Virus record (IMG/VR): IMGVR_UViG_3300045241_000033
Span: 1 to 51,452 of that record
Origin: a virus
Lineage: Duplodnaviria; Caudoviricetes
Length of the DNA: 51,452 nucleotides
Direction: 5' to 3' (one strand)
Below, in pieces: positions 45,499 to 51,452 of this stretch. How positions within the stretch are numbered: position 1 is the stretch's first letter; each line of letters opens with the position of its first letter. A program made the translations under genes and the position numbers. The notes under the pieces are model-generated. The model had not been told where the DNA came from, did no database searches, and saw nothing but the letters and a program-made list of their open reading frames with translations.

Positions 45499-46326
45499 AT
45501 GTCCCTTGTTTTCGAGCAGTACACAGACCGTCTCAGGCGCAAACGCAAGAGCCCGCACAGCTTAGCGGGCTTCGCCACAGCGTCCACCCGGCTCGAACGC
45601 TGGCTCGCGGCCCAGGGCCTGACGGCCGAGACCGCTACGTACGTCCAGCTGGAGGACTACTTCGACAACCTGGCCGCCGAGCTGAAGCCGAGCACGGCCG
45701 AGACCCACCTCAAGTACGTGCGGGCCGCGTACAACTACGCGATCCTCCGGGGCACGATCCGGGCGAACCCGGCGCTCGACCTGGAGGTCGCGAAGGGCCC
45801 GGACGTCGAGCCCACGATCATCCCGAACGAGTGCCTGCGGACGGTACGCGACCGCATCACGCTGCAGCGGGACTGGATCTTCTTCCACCTCCTGGCGTAC
45901 ACCGGGATGCGGCGGGCCGAGATCGTCGGACTGCGCTGGGAGGAGAACGTGCTCCTGGACGACCAGACGATCCGCGTCGTCGGGAAGGGTGGGAAGCTGC
46001 GGCTGATCCCGATCCACCCCGCGCTCGGGGAGGTGCTCAGCAAGTGCGAGAACCTCGGGCCGTTCGTCGTCTACTCGACGGGGAAGCGCGGCATCGCGTC
46101 CGAGACGATCCAGGACATCACGAAGCGCCTCTCCCCCTTCTACACGCCGCACGACTACCGGCGGACGGTGGCCACGAGCCTCGCGCGGAACGGCGTGCAG
46201 GAGAACATCATCGACCGGATCATGGGCTGGTCGGCGCGGACGGTGCGTGACCGCTACTACGTCAACGTGGCTGTCGAGGAGCTGCACCGGGGGATCCTCA
46301 AGCTGTACGCGGACGACCCGGTATGA
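45499..46326 (+). CDS. int: Tyrosine recombinase / integrase
   Basis: TGMRRAE, GKGGK, HDYRR, MGW, YY catalytic set; adjacent to a tRNA. Confidence 0.92.
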   Translation: MSLVFEQYTDRLRRKRKSPHSLAGFATASTRLERWLAAQGLTAETATYVQLEDYFDNLAAELKPSTAETHLKYVRAAYNYAILRGTIRANPALDLEVAKGPDVEPTIIPNECLRTVRDRITLQRDWIFFHLLAYTGMRRAEIVGLRWEENVLLDDQTIRVVGKGGKLRLIPIHPALGEVLSKCENLGPFVVYSTGKRGIASETIQDITKRLSPFYTPHDYRRTVATSLARNGVQENIIDRIMGWSARTVRDRYYVNVAVEELHRGILKLYADDPV

Positions 46327-46518
46327 CACAGACCCTAGCCCCCGCCCTACCTTGGTATGCGGCCGGGGTTACCCGACGTCCCCACCACGGACGAAGCCGG
46401 GCGCTCCGGCCGCTAGCTATTTATGACACACCGGACGGCCGCTAAACGAAGCAAAGGGCCCCCATCACTGGGGGCCCACTGTTTTCTTCCCCGCCAGGGA
46501 AAGAACACCTGACGGAGT

Positions 46519-46863
46519 CTAGAGGATCTCCTTGAGTTCACGGAGCGCATCGAGTACAGCCTCGGTGCGTTCCAGCTCGCGGAGCCTCTTCTTCAGATGC
46601 TGGTTCTCGCGGATCAGACCCTCCTGCGGGTGGATCCAGCGAGCCTCGTACTCGTTGAACCCCCGGACCCAGGTCAGCTCGTACTCCTCTTCGAGCATCG
46701 CTGTCAGCACGGGAGTAGTGCGGTCTGTCTCGGCGGTCATGATTGGGAAGGTCATCAGCGACGGGACGCGTAGACGCCGACCCATCAGCAGAGATTTCTC
46801 GATGTCTCGTGTCTCCCCGCCGAACGGTCCACCTTTGAAGTGGATGCGGAACGTGACGCTCAC
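46519..46863 (-). CDS. Hypothetical protein
   Basis: GTGA-coupled; F.GGP..G motif. Confidence 0.6.
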   Translation of the reverse strand: MSVTFRIHFKGGPFGGETRDIEKSLLMGRRLRVPSLMTFPIMTAETDRTTPVLTAMLEEEYELTWVRGFNEYEARWIHPQEGLIRENQHLKKRLRELERTEAVLDALRELKEIL

Positions 46864-47069
46864 GGGAGGTGGAACTCCAGATGCGTGAACAGCAGGGCGA
46901 CGAGCGCCCCGACGGTAACGCGGACGGCCGTGCCGTACTTCCGGCTGGCCTCGTACATCCAGATTTTCGCACTGAGCGTCTGGCCGTAGCGGTAGCGCGT
47001 GACGTGCGCGACCAGCTCGGCCACCCAGAACAGGGCGAACAGGATCAGGATGATGATCGTGAGGATCAT
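46860..47069 (-). CDS. Small membrane protein
   Basis: Two hydrophobic helices; GGAGG RBS. Confidence 0.65.
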   Translation of the reverse strand: MILTIIILILFALFWVAELVAHVTRYRYGQTLSAKIWMYEASRKYGTAVRVTVGALVALLFTHLEFHLP

Positions 47070-47269
47070 CGGTACCTCCGACGGAGGATCCGGCTCGGCT
47101 GCCAGTGCTTCCAGAACAGCGGTGTGAACGTCCGCCACGAGAAGCGATGCAGCGCACGCGTCGGCAGGAAGCCCATCACGTACAGCCGGAACATCAGGCC
47201 GTGGTACGCCCACCGCCGCAGGGGGATGGGCGGCATGTCCGCGTAGTTGAGATCGCGGGGCCGCTTCAT
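47066..47269 (-). CDS. Hypothetical protein
   Basis: ATGA coupling at both ends. Confidence 0.5.
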   Translation of the reverse strand: MKRPRDLNYADMPPIPLRRWAYHGLMFRLYVMGFLPTRALHRFSWRTFTPLFWKHWQPSRILRRRYR

Positions 47270-47580
47270 CGAAGCTGCCTCCACCAGATCCGAAGACGAC
47301 GCAGCCGGTACTTCCGGCCGTCGCCTTTGAACGTCTGCTTGGCGGCGTACTCGTCCAGCTCGTCCGCAGCCCGCCACAGCGTCCACCCGAGGTCGCGCAT
47401 CGCTGACGTTGTCGGATAGACCTCGGCCCGTGTCCGTGCGTAGGCTCGGAACATCAGCTCCGGCCTTCCCTTCGTGAGGTAGACCCCGTCGCGGCTCAGC
47501 AGGGTATCGAGCACAGCCTCCTCTACCCGCACGCGCGAGTAGAGGAAGTCGTGGGTGTCGGGGTGGATAGGTGTGCTCAC
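47266..47580 (-). CDS. Hypothetical protein
   Basis: 104 aa ORF in a coupled operon. Confidence 0.6.
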   Translation of the reverse strand: MSTPIHPDTHDFLYSRVRVEEAVLDTLLSRDGVYLTKGRPELMFRAYARTRAEVYPTTSAMRDLGWTLWRAADELDEYAAKQTFKGDGRKYRLRRLRIWWRQLR

Positions 47581-47656
47581 GCGCAGTACCAGGCCCGGTA
47601 GACCCGGAGACGTGTCTCCAGATCGAAGTAGTCCGGGTTGAGGTAGATGACGGCCC

Positions 47657-47887
47657 TCAAGTGGCGCGCCTCTCCAACCACGTCAGCTCCCAGAGCGGGT
47701 AGACGACGCCGTCGTCGTGTTCGGTGTCGTCAGGCGTTATGAGGCCCGCAACACCCTCACGCGCATGTACTACGAGGATGTCGTCGGGTGCGACGACGTG
47801 CTCTTGCGGTTCCTGATTCGGGATCCGAAGCGTGGCGACCATCGGCCAGACCTTCGACGGGTTGTGGATCTTGCCGTAGACGTTCAC
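47657..47887 (-). CDS. Hypothetical protein
   Basis: 76 aa, GTGA coupling. Confidence 0.6.
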   Translation of the reverse strand: MNVYGKIHNPSKVWPMVATLRIPNQEPQEHVVAPDDILVVHAREGVAGLITPDDTEHDDGVVYPLWELTWLERRAT

Positions 47888-48843
47888 GAGGCGCGCCTCC
47901 CCATCCGACTCGACCAGCCTTGGCCCTCGACGGTGAGGTAGCCCTCGCTGTCGATGAAGCCGTAGCCGTTCTGCCAGTTCGGGTAGTTCGTTGACCGCTG
48001 CAGGTACTGCGTCTTCTCTTTGTCGAAGAAGCCGCCGATCTCTGCGACCGTGAACTGCCCGCTCGGGTCATGCCCGATGGCGGTGTGGTGCGAGTGCCCG
48101 GTGATGACGTTCATGAGCTTCACCGATGCGAGGCGACGAGCCCCAGACAGCGGCACGCTCGTGTACGACTTCGGGTGCGCGACGAAGTAAGGGCCGCGCG
48201 GGGTCTCCACGATCTGGTGATCGAGGTTCGACAGGGTGATGCGATCCATGAGCTTCGGATCCAGCTCGTGGAACATCATCCGCATCGCCGTGGCGAACGG
48301 CACCTTGTACCCGAGCGAGCGATGCACGCGGGCGTCGTGGTTGCCCCAGCTGAAGTAGACCTTGTCGAAGGTCTCCAGCAGCTTCGACATCGTGCAGGTC
48401 GAGGCGTACAACTCGGCCGGTAGGCCGCCGCTCTCCTGCTTGAAGTCGAACACCGACAGTGCGTCCAGGTTGAAGAAGTCCCCGTCGATCAGGAGCCAGT
48501 TCGTGGCCTTGACCTCGCGGGCGTGCTCGATGAACGTGTTCACCAGCGGAAAATCCGTGAGCGGCAGATGCCAGTCGGCGGTCACCGCGCCGGGGCCGTC
48601 CTTCGCTACGTCGATGCGGATCGGCTTCTCCAGGGAGACAGCGACACGCTGCTGTGCGTAGGTCGGCACGAGGTACTGCGGCTCGATGAGCCCGGCCTGC
48701 TCGGCCTTGTGGAGACCGCGGCGGACGGCCGCTTCGCTGACGTCAAGAACGTCGGCGATCCTTACGTTGCTCAGGCCCTGCTCTTTCAACTCGACGTAGG
48801 CCTGTGGATCATGCTTGGGCTGGGACAGGTTAGGTGCCTCCAT
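47884..48843 (-). CDS. Calcineurin-like metallophosphoesterase with N-terminal HTH
   Basis: DWH, GDFFNLD, GNHD, GHSH; HTH GLSNVRIADVLDVSEAAVRR. Confidence 0.88.
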   Translation of the reverse strand: MEAPNLSQPKHDPQAYVELKEQGLSNVRIADVLDVSEAAVRRGLHKAEQAGLIEPQYLVPTYAQQRVAVSLEKPIRIDVAKDGPGAVTADWHLPLTDFPLVNTFIEHAREVKATNWLLIDGDFFNLDALSVFDFKQESGGLPAELYASTCTMSKLLETFDKVYFSWGNHDARVHRSLGYKVPFATAMRMMFHELDPKLMDRITLSNLDHQIVETPRGPYFVAHPKSYTSVPLSGARRLASVKLMNVITGHSHHTAIGHDPSGQFTVAEIGGFFDKEKTQYLQRSTNYPNWQNGYGFIDSEGYLTVEGQGWSSRMGRRAS

Positions 48844-49129
48844 TGATGTAGAAGAGTGTGTCTTCGAGTCCTTTGCGGTAGCGCTTGCTTACCGCCTGCT
48901 GACTGACGTGAAGGAGCTGGGCCGTCCCCTCTTGCGGAACGCCGATGAGCCCGTGCAGGAGCACGACCTCCCAGTGCTTCTTCTCCAGCCGTGCTAGTGC
49001 TCGGTCAAGATCGGCTATCGAGATCAGAGCGCGCATACCGCGCGGTGATGTGTTCGCCTGCGCGCGGAGCACCTCGTACGTCTCGATCATCGCCCGTATT
49101 TCCTTCTCGCCGTACGGGCTACGAACCAT
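48830..49129 (-). CDS. Sigma-70 region 4-like HTH protein
   Basis: DLDRALARL....EVV.L....G..Q...A..L.VSQQAVSKR. Confidence 0.75.
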   Translation of the reverse strand: MVRSPYGEKEIRAMIETYEVLRAQANTSPRGMRALISIADLDRALARLEKKHWEVVLLHGLIGVPQEGTAQLLHVSQQAVSKRYRKGLEDTLFYINGGT

Positions 49130-49493
49130 CCGCCGAGAGGGGCGGCGTACCGTGCAGGTTGCGGAATTCCGCGGGACGTCCCTGCACCTTTCCTTCAGCG
49201 CCGCGACTCGGCAGCTGCGCGAAGTAGTCGGGGTCGAAGTTCGACTCGCCGACCATGTCGATGGGCAGCATGGCCTCGTACGGGACTGCGGACTTCCGGT
49301 TCAGCCACCGGACGTAGTCCTTCATCCGGTTGTCGATCATTTCCGCAGAGGGGCAGATGCGCTTCTCCAGCGACTGCCACACGAAGATCAGACCCTCCTG
49401 TACGAGGTCGTCCTTCTCCGCTCCGCGCTTGCCGTCGTACCTCCGGGCAAGACTCTCGACGGTGCCCATGTATGCGGACACCGCCGAGTTCAT
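49119..49493 (-). CDS. Sigma-70 region 2-like protein
   Basis: VESLARRY.....EKDDLVQEGLI.VW....I.N.M.DY.R. Confidence 0.75.
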   Translation of the reverse strand: MNSAVSAYMGTVESLARRYDGKRGAEKDDLVQEGLIFVWQSLEKRICPSAEMIDNRMKDYVRWLNRKSAVPYEAMLPIDMVGESNFDPDYFAQLPSRGAEGKVQGRPAEFRNLHGTPPLSADGS

Positions 49494-49501
49494 GTCAGTG
49501 G

Positions 49502-49720
49502 TCAGGGCTTCGTCTTCCGCTGCTTCGGCGGGTCGATCAGCCGGGCGTACGTGGTGAGGCCCTTCGCCAGTCGCCGTGCAACGGCGGCCGACATGTTCAC
49601 GGTCTCGCCATCGAGGACGACTCGGATGTACGGCTTCGTGCTGTAGTAGCCCCTGGAACCGAGCCCGTCGAGGCGCTGTGCTGCGCCGACGAAGATCAGC
49701 TCTTCGCGAATCAAGGCCAC
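49502..49720 (-). CDS. Hypothetical protein
   Basis: 72 aa between SSB and the sigma halves. Confidence 0.55.
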   Translation of the reverse strand: MALIREELIFVGAAQRLDGLGSRGYYSTKPYIRVVLDGETVNMSAAVARRLAKGLTTYARLIDPPKQRKTKP

Positions 49721-49721
49721 G

Positions 49722-50102
49722 CTAGTACGGGATGTCGTCGTCGTCTTCGACCGGAGTCGAAGTGCGGCGGCTGCTGCCCTCGTCGTCCCGGACGCCTTCG
49801 TCCATCGAGCCGAGCACGAAGATCGAGCTGACGGAGAGGTTGTTGTACGTGACCGGCTCGCCTGCCTTGTTCGTGCCGTCGTTGCGGTCGAACTTGCCCT
49901 TCAGCACGACGATGTCGTTCTTCGCGACCTTGACGTGCTCGTGCGAGTCCCAGAGCGTTGCGCTCACCTTGATAGCGCTGCGGCCGAATCCGGCCTGGCT
50001 CACGACGATGTTGCGGATGTCCTGCCCGGACTTGGTCGTGTTCTCGTTGGGCTCGAACTCCACGACGCCGACGACGGTGCGGTACGTTGCTTCAGATGCC
50101 AA
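49722..50102 (-). CDS. ssb: Single-stranded DNA-binding protein
   Basis: OB-fold-like pattern with acidic tail EDDDDIPY. Confidence 0.85.
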   Translation of the reverse strand: MASEATYRTVVGVVEFEPNENTTKSGQDIRNIVVSQAGFGRSAIKVSATLWDSHEHVKVAKNDIVVLKGKFDRNDGTNKAGEPVTYNNLSVSSIFVLGSMDEGVRDDEGSSRRTSTPVEDDDDIPY

Positions 50103-50114
50103 GTGTTTTCTCCT

Positions 50115-50504
50115 CTAAGTGGATTGGTAGGCGGGGTCGTACGCTTTTCGGTACGCCCGCACGAAGTGGCCCCACGACATGCGAATCTCCGTTTCCTCCC
50201 ACCTCGGGGGAATAACGGCGTCGATCATGGCGTAGTAGTCGCGCGTGAACATCTGGACGCAGTCGCGTCCTCCGCGCTTCGCTTCCTTGATTGCGAGCAC
50301 GGGGGGAAGCCCGGCCTTCGCTGCGTTCTCGACGGCCTGCTCCCAGTACGAGGTCAGGAAGGTGTACTTCTTGACGTACTTGATCTCCAGACCGACGCGG
50401 AGGCCTACGCAGTCGGGCGTGTCCGTGCCGGTCGGGCCGGAGCGTTCCCCGCCCAGCACGCGGCACTTCTCCCTCTCAACCCTCTTCCAGGGTTTATCCG
50501 CCAT
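50115..50504 (-). CDS. PD-(D/E)xK nuclease, Holliday junction resolvase-like (allele B)
   Basis: Nearly the same N-terminus as 320-718, different C-terminal segment. Confidence 0.6.
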   Translation of the reverse strand: MADKPWKRVEREKCRVLGGERSGPTGTDTPDCVGLRVGLEIKYVKKYTFLTSYWEQAVENAAKAGLPPVLAIKEAKRGGRDCVQMFTRDYYAMIDAVIPPRWEETEIRMSWGHFVRAYRKAYDPAYQST

Positions 50505-50647
50505 AGCGACCGCGCCGCTCGAACTCACGCGCATACTTCTCGTCGTCCTTCAGACCGTCCACCTCGCGCGCAAGCAGCTCGAAGAACGTAAGAACTCTCC
50601 GCTGACGAAGCCAGAGCCAGCGCCAATCACGTTTAGTGTGGGAGACG

Positions 50648-51085
50648 CTAGCCAAGTAGCTCGGCCAGCCCTTCGTCGGTAACACCGAGCGGCTGGATCA
50701 GGTACTCACGTCGTGTGTACGAGTAGCCGATGATCTCGAACAGCTGGTGGCCGACACGGACAACGTCGGGGAAGCTGAGCTTGTGCCGTACATCGCTCCG
50801 CACAACGTCGCGCGAGTCGATGAAGTAGAAGTCCTCCCGAACCTTGACGCTCGTGTCCTTGAGGTCGATGACGCTCTCGGGCAACTCGTCCACCGCGGCG
50901 GACGACTGCTCCTCCAGGAACATCGTCACCTTCTCGGGCCAGTCTTCATCGACCGAGCCGGTGGGGATCCAGAAGGTACGCATGTCGCAGACGAGGCACC
51001 TCTCGAACTGCTTGTTGTGCGGGTAGTTGACGTTGTGAATCGAGCAGCGGCGTGCCCCGTCTCCGGGATCGCTTCGGTCGAACAT
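50648..51085 (-). CDS. Hypothetical Zn-ribbon protein (second copy)
   Basis: Identical to 862-1299. Confidence 0.7.
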   Translation of the reverse strand: MFDRSDPGDGARRCSIHNVNYPHNKQFERCLVCDMRTFWIPTGSVDEDWPEKVTMFLEEQSSAAVDELPESVIDLKDTSVKVREDFYFIDSRDVVRSDVRHKLSFPDVVRVGHQLFEIIGYSYTRREYLIQPLGVTDEGLAELLG

Positions 51086-51452
51086 CAGTAGGGTGGCTCC
51101 TCCTCTTCGACTCGCTCCACCCGCGCCCAGCCGTCGTTCTCGATGTCGCCCACGATCTCCGCTTGGAGAGTGGACATGAGACGACGAGGCTTCGAGGGGA
51201 AGATGTTTAGCTTGCCGGTCTTGACGCCGCCCTTACCTTCGGCGGCGACCACTGAGATGACTTGGTCTGCGGAGTTGCGAATGGCAGACGCGCCGCGGGG
51301 GCCGCTGCCTTGTTTGTCGGTGTGGTGGACGAGCAGTACGGCTGCGCCGGTATCGCGTGCGATGGGGATGACGCCGCCCCGCATGAGTCTCGTCATGTCG
51401 GGGTTCGAGTTCTCCTCTGCGCCGAGCGTGACGCGACTCAGTGAGTCGATCA
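51085..51452 (-). CDS. Primase-helicase C-terminus (partial second copy)
   Basis: Identical to 1299-1666. Confidence 0.85.
   Translation of the reverse strand, partial: IDSLSRVTLGAEENSNPDMTRLMRGGVIPIARDTGAAVLLVHHTDKQGSGPRGASAIRNSADQVISVVAAEGKGGVKTGKLNIFPSKPRRLMSTLQAEIVGDIENDGWARVERVEEEEPPY

Larger units (their letters stand above)
49796..51452. repeat. Terminal overlap, copy 2 (matches 1-1666)
   Basis: Direct comparison with the window start. Confidence 0.95.

Overview
The window is an apparently complete, circularly permuted genome (unit length about 49.8 kb) of a high-GC tailed phage; positions 1-1666 recur at 49796-51452 as a near-identical but not identical overlap. Two arms diverge from a ~1.7 kb non-coding region (19.2-20.9 kb). 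The minus arm carries small early genes, a TrxB-like flavoprotein, ClpP, an ECF sigma factor, Cas4-like exonuclease plus ERF, a family A DNA polymerase split into two genes, a DUF5664-like protein, a HAD protein, primase-helicase, a resolvase-like nuclease, SSB, two half-sigma genes and a metallophosphoesterase. The plus arm carries terminase, portal, scaffold, capsid, podovirus-type tail and internal proteins (no tape measure) and lysis genes, followed by tRNA-Thr(CGT) and a tyrosine integrase. The host is probably an actinobacterium (inference from GC content and an Lsr2-like gene). Most notable observations: (1) PolA cleanly split at TGRxSS/NxQNIP with four genes in between; (2) a cluster of structured ncRNAs including two tRNA-like RNAs without a normal anticodon arm and a ~340 nt closed RNA; (3) a hairpin-CCCGCCAG-RBS unit in front of 8 early genes; (4) a small-gene cassette array joined by a GGGACACC repeat; (5) a probable two-subunit sigma factor and an ATA-initiated ECF sigma. 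All product calls come from motif recognition by eye; no database search was run.
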